64,000 nt of DNA from Dehalococcoidia bacterium (GCA_965261665.1 OZ253467.1:2777798-2841797), one strand, 5' to 3'. Shown: positions 27,031 to 40,598, counted from the stretch's first letter. A program made the numbers and translations. Notes: generated by a model not told the origin, from the letters alone.

Positions 27031-29811
27031 CTACCCCATATCGCCCCAGGTGTGGCCTGCCTTGGTATCCACCTTGAGCGGCACGGTCATATCGGCGTAT
27101 CCCTCCAAGGCGTTGGGCATTTCCTCGTGCACTATGTCTTTTAGGTCCTCCAGCTGGTCTTCCGCCGTCTCAAATACCAGTTCGTCGTGCACCTGCAAGA
27201 GCATCCTGGCCTGCAAGTCGGAGTCTTCCAGCCGGCGATGCACCCGAATCATCGCGAGCTTCATTATGTCCGCTGCGGTACCCTGCACGGGCATGTTTAT
27301 GGCCATGCGCTCCCCAGCCTGACGCACGACGTGGTTGGTGGCCTGCACCTCCGGTATGTATCTCCGATGGCCGAGTAGTGTCTCCACGTAACCAAGGGCT
27401 TTGACCCGCTCTTTTACGCCGTCCAAATAGACCTGAATGCCCGGGTATTTGTCGAAATAGGTTTGAATGAACTTCCGACCCTCGTCGGGTGAGAACTCCG
27501 TCTGTTGAGAGATGCCAAAGGCAGACAGGCCGTAGATGACGCCAAAGTTGAGCACCTTGGCGATGCGTCGATGGTCCGAGGTCACCTCATCCATAGGGAC
27601 TTCAAACATCATTGAGGCGGTGGCCGTGTGGATGTCCTCGCCTCGTAGAAACGCCTCTATCAACGCCTCGTCCTTAGACAGGTGGGCCAGAACGCGAAGC
27701 TCAATCTGCGAATAGTCCGCGGCGAATAGAAGCCAGGGTTCGCCGTTCATACGGGATGCTCGGAAGGCCTTGCGTACCTGACGACCCAACTCGGTGCGGA
27801 TGGGGATGTTCTGAAGGTTGGGGTCGTTGCTGGAGATGCGCCCCGTGGCCGAACCGGCCTGGTTGTAGCTGGTATGGATGCGGTTGGTCCTGGGGTTGAT
27901 CAGGGCGGGAAGGGAGTCGACGTAGGTGGACTTCAGCTTGGTCAGTTGTCGGTAGTCCAAGACCTTCTGTATCATCGGATGAGCGCCCCTGAGGGCTTCC
28001 AGCGAGTTGGCGTCGGTGGAATAGCCTGTCTTGGTGCGTTTGGTCTTGGGCAGCCCCTGTTCCTCGAAGAGTACCTGACCGAGCTGCTTGGGAGAGTTTA
28101 TCTTGAAGATGTGGCCCACGTCTTCGTAGATGGCGGTCTCCAACTCGGCAATCTTCATGCCGAGGTCTTTGGACATCTCTTGCAGGCTGCCACCATCCAG
28201 GGTAATGCCGTTGCGCTGCATCCGGACCAGAACTTCGATTAGGGGCATCTCCATGTTCTCAAAGATGCCCCAGAAGCCGTTGTCCCGAAGCCGCTTCTCC
28301 AGAATGGGACGGAGCCGGCCTGTGTAGTCGGCGTCGGCGCAGGCGTAAGGGACCACGTCGTCGATGGGCACCTGGTCCATGCTTATCTGTTTCCGACCAG
28401 TACCGATGAGGGCTTTGATGGGCGTCATCTCATAATGCAGAATGTCCAAAGCTAGGTTCTTCAATCCAATGGCCTTGATGCCCAGCAAGTAAGCGGCCAT
28501 CATGGTGTCGCAGGCCATGCCTCGAACCTGAATGCCGTAATTACCCAGGGCGGTCACGTCGTAGTTAAGGTTGTGGCCGGACTTGGCCATTTGCGGGTCT
28601 TCCAACAGCGGCTTCAACGCCGCCAGCACCTCTTCCAAGGGAAGCTGCTGGCCCTGCTGATGGCCGACGGGGACGTACCAGGCCTTTCCGGGGGTAGTGG
28701 AGAAGCTGAGGCCAACCAGGTCCGACGCCATGGGGTTTATATTGGTGGTTTCCGTATCGAAGGCGAATTGGCCGGACTCGTGCAGGGCTTCAATCATCTG
28801 ATCCAGGGCCTCTTGGGAGTTGACGCACACGTAGTCGACAGGTGGGCCTTTCTGCTTAGCGGCATTGGAATCGGCAGAGCCGGGCTCGCCGTTTGCATGG
28901 GGCACCCGAGCGACGACACTGGCGAATTCCAACTCCCGCAGCAGGTTCACCACGTCGTCCCTGTTGTAGTTCCAGAAGCGACATGCGTCCAGGTCGAGGG
29001 TAACGGGAGCGTCCTTGCGGATGGTGGTGAGGACTTTGCCCTGGAGGGCGGCGTCCTTGTTTTTCAGGAGCAGGTTGCGGACTCGCGGAGGTTTCACCTC
29101 GTCGATGCATTCGTAGATGGACTCAAGAGTGTCGAATTGGAGCAGAAGTTTGATGGCTGTTTTCTCACCAAGGCCCGGAATGCCGGGGATGTTGTCGGAG
29201 GGATCTCCCTTGATGGCCTTGAAGTCCGGGTGGGCCGAGGGCAGAAGACCGCCGAAACGATTGCGGACCGCTGTTTCGTCGTATACCTTCTGTTGCTGGA
29301 CGCTGTAGAAGAGCTGCACCCGCACGTGGGGAGAAACGAGCTGTAGGGTGTCTGTGTCTCCAGTTAGAATGACCGTGTCCACGCCCTGCTTATCCGCTTC
29401 CCGGGCGAGGGTGCCCAACACGTCGTCTGCCTCAAAGCCAGGGGCTTCCAGACGGAGAATGTTGAAGGCTGCCATTAGCTGTTTGACGCGGTCGAACTGG
29501 TGCCTGAGGGCCGGCGGCGTCGGGGGGCGTTGGGCCTTGTATTTGGGGAACATTTCGTGCCGGAAGGTCGGCTGAGAAGTATCGAAGGCAATGATGCAGT
29601 GAGTGGGATGCAAGTCGTTAATGGCCCTGAGAAAGGTGTTGGAGAAGCCAAAAACAGCGGTGGTGTCTTCCCCGTCACGGGTAGTGAGACTTTGCGTGGT
29701 TGAGATGGCGTGGAAGGCGCGATGCACCATGGCGTGGCCGTCCATTATCATGAGCAGAGGCTTGTCACGCTTCAGGGGCGGGCTTAGCATCGTACCTTGA
29801 GAATGGGCCAT
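27031..29811 (-). CDS. polA: DNA polymerase I
   Basis: 5-prime nuclease, 3-5 exo and family A polymerase motifs (RRIAKVLNFGVIYG, QVHDELVFE). ATG at 29811 follows GGTGG; the ORF track extends to TTG 29868. Confidence 0.95.
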   Translation of the reverse strand: MAHSQGTMLSPPLKRDKPLLMIMDGHAMVHRAFHAISTTQSLTTRDGEDTTAVFGFSNTFLRAINDLHPTHCIIAFDTSQPTFRHEMFPKYKAQRPPTPPALRHQFDRVKQLMAAFNILRLEAPGFEADDVLGTLAREADKQGVDTVILTGDTDTLQLVSPHVRVQLFYSVQQQKVYDETAVRNRFGGLLPSAHPDFKAIKGDPSDNIPGIPGLGEKTAIKLLLQFDTLESIYECIDEVKPPRVRNLLLKNKDAALQGKVLTTIRKDAPVTLDLDACRFWNYNRDDVVNLLRELEFASVVARVPHANGEPGSADSNAAKQKGPPVDYVCVNSQEALDQMIEALHESGQFAFDTETTNINPMASDLVGLSFSTTPGKAWYVPVGHQQGQQLPLEEVLAALKPLLEDPQMAKSGHNLNYDVTALGNYGIQVRGMACDTMMAAYLLGIKAIGLKNLALDILHYEMTPIKALIGTGRKQISMDQVPIDDVVPYACADADYTGRLRPILEKRLRDNGFWGIFENMEMPLIEVLVRMQRNGITLDGGSLQEMSKDLGMKIAELETAIYEDVGHIFKINSPKQLGQVLFEEQGLPKTKRTKTGYSTDANSLEALRGAHPMIQKVLDYRQLTKLKSTYVDSLPALINPRTNRIHTSYNQAGSATGRISSNDPNLQNIPIRTELGRQVRKAFRASRMNGEPWLLFAADYSQIELRVLAHLSKDEALIEAFLRGEDIHTATASMMFEVPMDEVTSDHRRIAKVLNFGVIYGLSAFGISQQTEFSPDEGRKFIQTYFDKYPGIQVYLDGVKERVKALGYVETLLGHRRYIPEVQATNHVVRQAGERMAINMPVQGTAADIMKLAMIRVHRRLEDSDLQARMLLQVHDELVFETAEDQLEDLKDIVHEEMPNALEGYADMTVPLKVDTKAGHTWGDMG

Positions 29812-29949
29812 GGGCCACCACCTTGTGGTATGTACTTGGACACGGGGTTCACGGCGATTATACACCAAGACCCACGGCCAAGCGGCCGAGCATTGGGATT
29901 CTGCTCCGCTAAAGACGAAATCTGGTTTGGGTACGGAGCAGATGTGAGG

Positions 29950-30002
29950 GGAAGAAGATAAAAGAAAACTCCACCGGTCCCGGTGCCTGGGACCGGTGGA
30001 GT
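29950..30002 (-). terminator. intrinsic terminator after the coiled-coil gene
   Basis: 14-bp perfect stem ACTCCACCGGTCCC / GGGACCGGTGGAGT (29968-30002), followed on the minus strand by TTTTCTTTTATCTTCTT. Confidence 0.65.
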
Positions 30003-30023
30003 TAGTGAGGAAGAGTCCGGGAG

Positions 30024-30542
30024 TTAGCTCTGCCGGTTGCCGTTTTCTGCCAAGACTTCGAAAGTCTCTACACCGGTGAGAAGGGCAAGCCCGTTGCGAA
30101 CGCTGGTGAGGTTAGCGGTTAGCTGACGTTCCAGGTTGCGAAGGGCCTTGGCCGCATAAGCGTCCACCTCTGCCCTGCTGGTCTTCAATTCGGTTTCGGC
30201 CTGGGAGATCATGCGCGTGGACTTCCGCTCTCCGTCGTCCACAATCTGTCGGGCCCTACGCTGGGCCTCCTTGAGGACCTCCGATTGGTTGATCCTGTTC
30301 TGGAATTCCTCCTCAGCCTGGGCCTTGGTGCGGCGGCGCTCGGCCTCCGCCAGGTTGAGGATGTCGTCCTTATTGACCAGGATCTCCTTGGCCGCTCGAA
30401 CGTCCTGAGGAACTGCCAGCCGAAGCTGGTCCATTAGCTCTTGAACCTTGTTTACATCCAGAAGAGTGCGTTGAGTTGCGGGAACCTTGGTACTAGTAGT
30501 GATTAGTGCTTCCAGCCTATCGATGATATTGATTATGTCCAT
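30024..30542 (-). CDS. coiled-coil protein (ATP-synthase-b/DivIVA-like helices), function unknown
   Basis: 172 aa, a charged heptad-rich sequence. ATG 30542 is preceded by GGAAGGAGG. Confidence 0.5.
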   Translation of the reverse strand: MDIINIIDRLEALITTSTKVPATQRTLLDVNKVQELMDQLRLAVPQDVRAAKEILVNKDDILNLAEAERRRTKAQAEEEFQNRINQSEVLKEAQRRARQIVDDGERKSTRMISQAETELKTSRAEVDAYAAKALRNLERQLTANLTSVRNGLALLTGVETFEVLAENGNRQS

Positions 30543-30567
30543 GTGTCCTCCTTCCACAATTTATTGA

Positions 30568-31053
30568 CTAATGGGGCAGAGCTAACTTTTCCAAGACTGC
30601 TTTGGCTACGTGTGGCGGCACCATTACCTCTATATCGCCTCCCAGACTGGCCACCTCCTTCAGACGACTAGAGCTTACGAATTGATATTCCAAGCTGGTA
30701 ATTAGACAAATTGTTTCAATGTCTGGCGCTAGTTTTTTGTTCACGAACGCCATCTCGTATTCATACTCAAAATCGGAACTGCCTCGAAGTCCCTTGACGA
30801 TTACCTGGGCCCCCATACGGCGGGCGTAGTTCACCACCAGGCCGCTGAAGCTTCGGACGTTCACGTTTTCCAGGTGCTGCACCTCCTCAGTGAAGAGGTC
30901 GACGCGCTCTTGGGCGGTGAAGAGGCAAGGTCTTTGCGAACCTTCGTAGACGGCGACCTCCAGGTGTGAAAAGAGACTGGAGGCCCGGGTGGCGACGTCC
31001 ACGTGTCCTCGGGTGACCGGATCGAAGGTGCCCGGATATAAAGCGACGGTCAT
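30568..31053 (-). CDS. coaD: phosphopantetheine adenylyltransferase
   Basis: YPGTFDPVTRGHVDV nucleotidyltransferase motif, 161 aa. Confidence 0.93.
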   Translation of the reverse strand: MTVALYPGTFDPVTRGHVDVATRASSLFSHLEVAVYEGSQRPCLFTAQERVDLFTEEVQHLENVNVRSFSGLVVNYARRMGAQVIVKGLRGSSDFEYEYEMAFVNKKLAPDIETICLITSLEYQFVSSSRLKEVASLGGDIEVMVPPHVAKAVLEKLALPH

Positions 31054-31610
31054 CTGGCGACTCCCGATCGAAAGAAGTCGACCACGCTGTCGCCGTGACG
31101 CCTGCTGCGCACCAGCGAAAGCTTGCCGTATCTCTTCTTCAGCGCCAAACGCTTTGAATGTCCTACTACTAGCATTCCTTCATTCCCAATAATTTTTGCT
31201 TGGTCTATTGCTTCTAAGTCCTGGTCCAAGCTCTCCATGCGGTACGGGGGATCCATGAGCACCACCCCGTAGGGGCCCTTGAGATGCGCCAATGCTTTCA
31301 ACGCCTCCAAGCGGTGCACTTTCGCTTTTCCTTCAAGGCCGGTAGTTTTCAGATTCCTCCTCAGAACGGCGCATTGGCGAGGGTCCTTCTCCACAAAATC
31401 AGCGAAGGCAGCGCCCCGGCTTAGGCTCTCGATGCCAAGGGAACCAACGCCGGCGTATAGGTCCGCAACCTTGGCATCTTCCAGAATTTCAGAACCCAGG
31501 CTGTTGAAGATGACTCCTCTGATAAGTTCTGAGGTGGGTCTGGCTCCCGGGATAGCTGGAGAGGCGAGCCTTCTTCCTTTGGCGATTCCTCCTGCTATAC
31601 GCATCTTCAA
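31050..31610 (-). CDS. rsmD: 16S rRNA (guanine966-N2)-methyltransferase
   Basis: VADLYAGVGSLGIE SAM motif and VLMDPPY. There is a 4-nt overlap with coaD, the usual rsmD-coaD pairing. Confidence 0.85.
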   Translation of the reverse strand: MKMRIAGGIAKGRRLASPAIPGARPTSELIRGVIFNSLGSEILEDAKVADLYAGVGSLGIESLSRGAAFADFVEKDPRQCAVLRRNLKTTGLEGKAKVHRLEALKALAHLKGPYGVVLMDPPYRMESLDQDLEAIDQAKIIGNEGMLVVGHSKRLALKKRYGKLSLVRSRRHGDSVVDFFRSGVAR

Positions 31611-31911
31611 CCCGTGACGTGAGTCTACTGATAGAGGGCAATTCTAGTAAACAATAATGGCTACATCTTTAGACGACTTTTGGGCGAAATTTAGGAAACT
31701 GCTCATTCCCAGACTGGCCGACGGTATTATGTTGGCTGGCGCGTGTCTACACAGACCATATATTTTGGCAACTTTAGACGAAGCTCATGCAGACAACCTT
31801 GCGCGCTGAATGCGGTGCGTTGGTGTTGTATAATCATATTGTGCCTTGCCGACGAATGTGGAGTACTTCGATGCTTCCGACGGCCCACAAGGCAAAGCGC
31901 GTGTGCATCAT

Positions 31912-31988
31912 GGGCGGTTAGCTCAGCTGGTTAGAGCACCTGCTTTACACGCAGGGGGTCACAGGTTCGAGTCCTGTATCGCCCACCA
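31912..31988 (+). tRNA. tRNA-Val (anticodon TAC), CCA encoded
   Basis: Hand-folded cloverleaf. Acceptor GGGCGGT/ATCGCCC, D stem GCTC/GAGC, anticodon stem CCTGC/GCAGG with loop TTTACAC, T arm ACAGG-TTCGAGT-CCTGT. Confidence 0.93.
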
Positions 31989-32108
31989 AACTGGATAAAA
32001 TCGAGAACCTTCACACTAAGATTCCGGTTGGCACTTAGCTGAGTCTGTTCGACCCTAGGCTCGTCCCCTGGCTCCTACTCCACGAATCACTAGTGGTCAA
32101 GCGAACTT

Positions 32109-35446
<3,338 letters not shown>

Positions 35447-35466
35447 CCGCCCACCCGTTGTGGCTA

Positions 35467-35495
35467 TTGACACACGGATTATTGAGATTCAATAT
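35467..35495 (+). promoter_or_regulatory. sigma70-like promoter candidate for the Cascade operon (cas3-cse1 intergenic)
   Basis: TTGACA (35467-35472), 17 nt spacer, CAATAT (35490-35495), in a locally AT-rich gap. Confidence 0.45.
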
Positions 35496-35547
35496 ATCAT
35501 TGTCGGTTCCTTGTCAACTACCAAGTTCAGCCTATGGAGGCTTGCCC

Positions 35548-37137
35548 TTGCTCAACATCCTAACCGAACCTCTAATACGCTTCGACCATTCCGGTGGGCG
35601 GCGCGTGGAAGCATCCCTGCCACAAGTCTACGCCGCGCTCATAGCCGACGAAATTGACGCCTTCCCCGCGCTTCGTCCCCATCAACGTCACGCCTGGCAC
35701 GCCTTCCTGGTCCAGCTTGGCGTCATCGCCATGCACCGGGCGGATATGACCGAGCCTCCGACGGACGCGGACGAATGGCGCCGCATCATCCGCGCCCTCA
35801 CCAAAGAAGAATTCCCAAACGACGAACCCTGGAGCCTCGTCGTGGAAGACATCACCAAGCCCGCCTTCATGCAACCCCCAGCCACCTCCAAGGAACGGGA
35901 GAAGGAATTCAAGAATGTCGTATCCACCCCCGACGAACTGGATATGCTGGTCACCGCCAAGAACCACGACCTGAAATCTACTGTCGCTGGCCTGGCCAGC
36001 GCGGATGACTGGATTTTTGCCCTGATAACCCTTCAGACGATGGAGGGGTTCAGCGGAGCCGGCAACTACGGCATCTCTCGAATGAACGGCGGCTTGGGGA
36101 ACCGTCCCGCTCTAACTCTCGCTCCTCTCAACAACACCCCAGGCGCACACGTGGAGCGTGACATTCTCGCTCTCCAGGCACACTGGCCCGACATTCAAGA
36201 GAGGGGAGACGCACCCGAAAACGGGACTTCCCTTCTCTGGACTATGCCTTGGGACGGGACCCCTCTTGAAAGCCTGTTGTCCGACCGTCTACATCCCCTT
36301 TACGTAGAGATTTGTCGACGCATACGGCTGCGCTCAGCCTCCAAAGCATCGTTGCACGCAATCAGAGCAACCTCCAAGGCCGCCCGTATCCGGGGGAAGG
36401 AATTAAAGGGTCGCACCGGCGATCCCTGGACTCCGACGAATGCCAGTAGAGATGGCCTGCCTCTCACCCTAAGCAGCGGCGGATTTACATACAAGAGACT
36501 CACCGACTATCTCTTTTCTTGGACTAATCCAGCCCTGCTGCGATCATCTGAATCTGAGCGTCGGTCCCGACAGACGATGAAGTTGGTGGGCCGCGCAACG
36601 GTAAGGGGCCAGGGCAAAACTGAAGGTCACTACGAACGGGAGATTCCGTTTCGGTTTAAGGCCCACCAAGTTCTAGGCAGGAGAAATGCCTCTGAGTTGG
36701 GAGACATCGCCAGGAAGCGCATTGACGAAGTTGGCACAGTCCAACGAATTCTGAGTCACGCCATCCAGACTTTCGCCGCCAGAGGCGAGACTGGCAACAT
36801 CAGTCCTGAGCATCGTGCCCTAGCCCGGCCATGGCTGAACCGGCTGGACGACATTGTAGACGCCAGCTTCTTTGACGACCTTCAGGATGAATTCGACGCT
36901 GAGAACAGCGAGCGCGAGGGCATCCGCATCCGATGGCTTCTGAACGGCACGGGCGGTGTAGTTAACCACGCTCGCCGCTTACTCCAGGAGGCCACTGACA
37001 CGCTGCCCTGCCCGGCAATCCACCGCTACAAGGCCCGCGTCCGAGCCGAGGGGTTGTTCGAGGGAAGAATCCGCGGCGCCCAGGGACTGCCGTTTCTGTT
37101 CGCTGACGACCAGGAAAGGAATCACGAAGCATCATGA
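35548..37137 (+). CDS. cse1: Cascade large subunit Cse1/CasA (Cas8e)
   Basis: Size and position match the I-E operon. TTG 35548, 7 nt after GGAGG, gives (M)LNILTEPLIRF, like the canonical Cse1 N-terminus NLLxEPWIPV. The ORF track starts at 35458. Confidence 0.88.
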   Translation: MLNILTEPLIRFDHSGGRRVEASLPQVYAALIADEIDAFPALRPHQRHAWHAFLVQLGVIAMHRADMTEPPTDADEWRRIIRALTKEEFPNDEPWSLVVEDITKPAFMQPPATSKEREKEFKNVVSTPDELDMLVTAKNHDLKSTVAGLASADDWIFALITLQTMEGFSGAGNYGISRMNGGLGNRPALTLAPLNNTPGAHVERDILALQAHWPDIQERGDAPENGTSLLWTMPWDGTPLESLLSDRLHPLYVEICRRIRLRSASKASLHAIRATSKAARIRGKELKGRTGDPWTPTNASRDGLPLTLSSGGFTYKRLTDYLFSWTNPALLRSSESERRSRQTMKLVGRATVRGQGKTEGHYEREIPFRFKAHQVLGRRNASELGDIARKRIDEVGTVQRILSHAIQTFAARGETGNISPEHRALARPWLNRLDDIVDASFFDDLQDEFDAENSEREGIRIRWLLNGTGGVVNHARRLLQEATDTLPCPAIHRYKARVRAEGLFEGRIRGAQGLPFLFADDQERNHEAS

Positions 37138-37745
37138 ACGCCCAAACCATCGATACGCCAAGCGTTGACGTTGAGCAAAGCCGGCCCAAGCCCCGCGGCG
37201 ACATCGCTGTTGGCTTTGCATATCAGATGGCCCGCCCAGACTTTCGACGGGGAGATCTGGCGGAACTTCGTCGCATGAACCCGTACGAACCCGACAAGGC
37301 AATTTTTTGGAAGCTAATGGCGGAACAAGACCTATTGGGCAATCCCGACCGCGAAGGCAAATGGGCGCTCATTCTTCACGGCATTGCTCTGATGACGCCC
37401 AGGAATCCCACTAGCCTTCAGGGCAGCGCCCACGATGGACGCAACTATGTGGGAACCGCCCTGTTCCTTGGCGGCGAATCCCAGCGAGCGCAGGCTTTCT
37501 ACAGCGAAGCCAGACTCAACCGGCTGTTGACAGCGCGGGATGCGATGCTAAGGACCCTGCTGACTAGAATGTTCCGCATGCTCTCCGCCGCCGACGTTGC
37601 TTTCAATTGGCGGGAGATGGCCCACTTCATTCTCGTCGCTGATTTAAATGAGAAGGCGGCAGAGGAGGCGCGCCGTCGAATCGCCCGCGCCTATTACCGC
37701 GCAGAGCGGCAAAGTGCCGTAAAATCCGAGAATCAGGACAACTAA
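37134..37745 (+). CDS. cse2: Cascade small subunit Cse2/CasB (Cas11)
   Basis: 203-aa helical Arg-rich protein (DLAELRRMNP). ATGA overlap with cse1; I-E gene order. Confidence 0.88.
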   Translation: MNAQTIDTPSVDVEQSRPKPRGDIAVGFAYQMARPDFRRGDLAELRRMNPYEPDKAIFWKLMAEQDLLGNPDREGKWALILHGIALMTPRNPTSLQGSAHDGRNYVGTALFLGGESQRAQAFYSEARLNRLLTARDAMLRTLLTRMFRMLSAADVAFNWREMAHFILVADLNEKAAEEARRRIARAYYRAERQSAVKSENQDN

Positions 37746-37765
37746 ATCAAAAGAGGAGTTCCTGA

Positions 37766-38953
37766 ATGACCACACCCAGATTCCTGCAGATACACACCCT
37801 GCACTCGTATCCGGCGGCGCTTCTGAACCGGGACGACAGCGGCCTCGCCAAGCGCATGCCCTTCGGCGGCGCGATCCGCACCCGCATTTCCTCCCAGTGC
37901 CTCAAACGGCACTGGCGGGACCCCAAGGACGAAAAGAAGCACGAATTCGCCTTGCACCGCATTCCTGACGCAGTGACAGCCACTCGCTCCCGCAACGTCG
38001 TTGAACGCATGGTAATGATGCCTCTGCGAGAAAACGACGGAGCTACAGAAGACGTGCTCATCGCCGTGGCAGAGGCCTTCAACGTGGGCGTATACGGTGG
38101 CAGCGGCACCTCCGAATCCGGTCGCCAGCCGTTGTTGCTCGGCCTCCCCGAGGTGGAGTACCTTCAAGAAAAGGCGCAGGCCATCTGCGGCGAGCATCCC
38201 GACGATGCAAGCGCGGCCAAGAAGGCCGCGGAGGATCTGTTCAACGTCCGACGTGGAGAAGGCGCTAACTTCCGCGCCTTTCGAGAAACCGCCCGTCTCC
38301 CCGGAGGTTTGGAGGGAGCGCTGTTCGGGCGGATGGTGACCTCCGACCCCGGCGCTAACATAGACGCCGCCGTCCACGTCGCCCACGCCTTCACCGTCCA
38401 CGCCGAAGAGTCCGAAAGCGACTACTTCTCCGTTGTCGACGATCTCCAAAGCGACGATGAGGACCCCGGCGCCGCACATATAGGTGACATGGAACTGACT
38501 GCCGGCCTCTTCTACGGCTACGTGGTCGTCGACGTTCCCGGTCTGGTTTCCAACCTGGAAGGGTGTGAAGCTGGGCAGTGGCAGGACGCCGACAGGTCCC
38601 TCTCCGCCAAAGTCGTCGAGCACCTCATCCACCTCATCGCTACAGTTTCCCCCGGCGCCAAGCTCGGTTCCACCGCCCCCTACGGTCGTGCCCGGTTCAT
38701 GCTGGTCGAAGCCGGCTCCGACCAGCCGTACAGCCTCGCCGACGCCTTCCGCGCCCCCGTCAATCCTAGGATGCGGGATGCTCTCAAGGCTCTGGAATCC
38801 GAAATCGAACGCCAGGACGCGGCCTACGGCGTGTCGGGAACGCGGCGGTTTATGTCAATGGACAACTGCGAAATTCCATCGTCCGAGCGTGTAAACCTGA
38901 ACGAACTTGCTTCGTGGGCGGCGGATGTCGTGCACACAGGCGCGGCGGCGTAG
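37766..38953 (+). CDS. cas7: Cascade backbone Cas7e/CasC
   Basis: FLQIHTLHSYPAALLNRDDSGLAKRMPFGGAIRTRISSQCLKRHWR, the typical Cas7e N-terminus; 395 aa. Confidence 0.95.
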   Translation: MTTPRFLQIHTLHSYPAALLNRDDSGLAKRMPFGGAIRTRISSQCLKRHWRDPKDEKKHEFALHRIPDAVTATRSRNVVERMVMMPLRENDGATEDVLIAVAEAFNVGVYGGSGTSESGRQPLLLGLPEVEYLQEKAQAICGEHPDDASAAKKAAEDLFNVRRGEGANFRAFRETARLPGGLEGALFGRMVTSDPGANIDAAVHVAHAFTVHAEESESDYFSVVDDLQSDDEDPGAAHIGDMELTAGLFYGYVVVDVPGLVSNLEGCEAGQWQDADRSLSAKVVEHLIHLIATVSPGAKLGSTAPYGRARFMLVEAGSDQPYSLADAFRAPVNPRMRDALKALESEIERQDAAYGVSGTRRFMSMDNCEIPSSERVNLNELASWAADVVHTGAAA

Positions 38954-38955
38954 CC

Positions 38956-39690
38956 ATGCGCCATCTCATCCTCCGCCTCGAAGCTCCCCTCATGGCCTTC
39001 GGCGGCGAGACCATCGACAACTACGGCGTCGTCCGGCCCTTCCCCGCCGCCTCCATGATAACCGGCCTCCTCGCCAACGCCCTCGGCTGGCGCCGCATCG
39101 AGAGGGAGCGTCATCAGCAACTCCAGGACCGGCTCGTCTTCGCCGCCCGCATCGACCGGGAACCCCTCAACCGGCTCAGCATGCAAGACTTTCAGACCGC
39201 ACAGTTGGCCAAAAACGATATGGGTTGGACGACCCGCGGCGTCCCGGAAGGACGCGCAGGCGGCGCAGCTACCTACAACGCGCCTCATCTTCGCTACCGC
39301 GACTACTACGCAGATAGGCGCGTCACCGTCGCCCTTCGGCTGAATCCCGAAAACGGCGCACCCACCCTGGACGACCTTGCGGATGCGCTCCAACGCCCCA
39401 AGCGTCCCCTCTTCATCGGACGCAAGCCCTGCCTGCCTTCCGCGCCGATTTTCGGATGCTTCGCCGACGGAGAAACCTCCATAGAGGCGCTGCTGAATAT
39501 CCCAATAACCGACGGTCGGGACAATAACCAGCGTCTTCGCCTCCAGTGGCCTGGCAGCGAAAGCGACGAACGCGTCCAATCCACAAACACCCACATGATT
39601 ACAGACCAGCGCAACTGGATTTCAGGGCTGCACGGCGGCGGACGTTTGGTCTGCGAGGGCGAATATACCCCAATCGAGGACCAAGAATGA
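38956..39690 (+). CDS. cas5: Cas5e/CasD
   Basis: MRHLILRLEAPLMAFGG...ASMITGLLANALG, the canonical Cas5e start. ATG is 2 nt after the cas7 stop. Confidence 0.93.
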   Translation: MRHLILRLEAPLMAFGGETIDNYGVVRPFPAASMITGLLANALGWRRIERERHQQLQDRLVFAARIDREPLNRLSMQDFQTAQLAKNDMGWTTRGVPEGRAGGAATYNAPHLRYRDYYADRRVTVALRLNPENGAPTLDDLADALQRPKRPLFIGRKPCLPSAPIFGCFADGETSIEALLNIPITDGRDNNQRLRLQWPGSESDERVQSTNTHMITDQRNWISGLHGGGRLVCEGEYTPIEDQE

Positions 39691-40508
39691 CTACACAATT
39701 TAATACCCTTCCCATTGTGGCCGCCCTTCAGATGATCCGAGCCGAAATCAACCTCCGGGAGTTCAACCGCTGGATGGGTAGTAAGCGACTGCAGGACCCG
39801 GACCATGCCATGCACTGCTTGCTGAAAGAATGCTTCGGTGAACTGGCTCCACTGCCCTTTCGCCTCATAGCGCCTCGTCAAGGGTCCCGCGGGTTTCTCT
39901 ATGGCTACGGCACAACCGACGCCTCGGCCCTTCGGGACGCTGCCGCCATCTACGCCGACCCGCTTCAATGCCGCATCATGCCCCTCCATAAACTGGACAG
40001 CAAGCCCATGCCATCCCAATGGCAAATGGGCAAACGACTAGGCTTCGAAACACGCATCCGTCCCGTCGTACGCCTCCAAAAGGACCTCTCGCGTGTTCCG
40101 GCCGACAAGCTGCGTCTTTTCCGAGTGAATCGGCGGAATGGTGACGATCCGGAAAAGCAACCTCGCCCTGGTAAAGAATGCGACGCCTTCCAGTGGGAGG
40201 CGCTCCTGCAACCCAAAAGGGGAATGAACCGTAGCCGGGAGGAAGTCTACAACGAGTGGCTTGGATCGAAACTAAAAGGATGCGGCGGGGCATCCCTGGA
40301 ACCCGGTGAAACCCGGCTCGTCTCCTTCCAGCGCACCCGCGCCATTCGAAAACGTCACGCCCGTTACAGCGAGGGGCCGGACGCCGTCATGCGTGGCATT
40401 CTCAGAATAACGGACCCCGACGCCTTTGCCGCCCTGCTGGCCCGGGGCGTCGGCCGGCATCGCGCCTACGGCTACGGGATGCTGCTCCTACGGCCCCCTC
40501 ACAAATGA
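39687..40508 (+). CDS. cas6e: Cas6e/CasE crRNA endoribonuclease
   Basis: ATGA overlap with cas5. C-terminal glycine-rich loop GVGRHRAYGYGMLLL, comparable to E. coli GIGPAKSMGCGLLSL. Confidence 0.88.
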   Translation: MTTQFNTLPIVAALQMIRAEINLREFNRWMGSKRLQDPDHAMHCLLKECFGELAPLPFRLIAPRQGSRGFLYGYGTTDASALRDAAAIYADPLQCRIMPLHKLDSKPMPSQWQMGKRLGFETRIRPVVRLQKDLSRVPADKLRLFRVNRRNGDDPEKQPRPGKECDAFQWEALLQPKRGMNRSREEVYNEWLGSKLKGCGGASLEPGETRLVSFQRTRAIRKRHARYSEGPDAVMRGILRITDPDAFAALLARGVGRHRAYGYGMLLLRPPHK

Positions 40509-40598
40509 GACCCGGGCCTTTTGCACCTTACCAACTGAATAATGCCTTCCTGGTTCCCAGCGCACGAGCGGGGAACTAGGAACCATAGGAGGACCACC

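Noticed and set aside
39687-40508. Cas6e (273 aa) and Cse2 (203 aa) are longer than the E. coli versions, which raised the possibility of fusions.
   Set aside because: The extra residues are spread as an N-terminal extension and internal loops. No additional domain is recognisable by eye.
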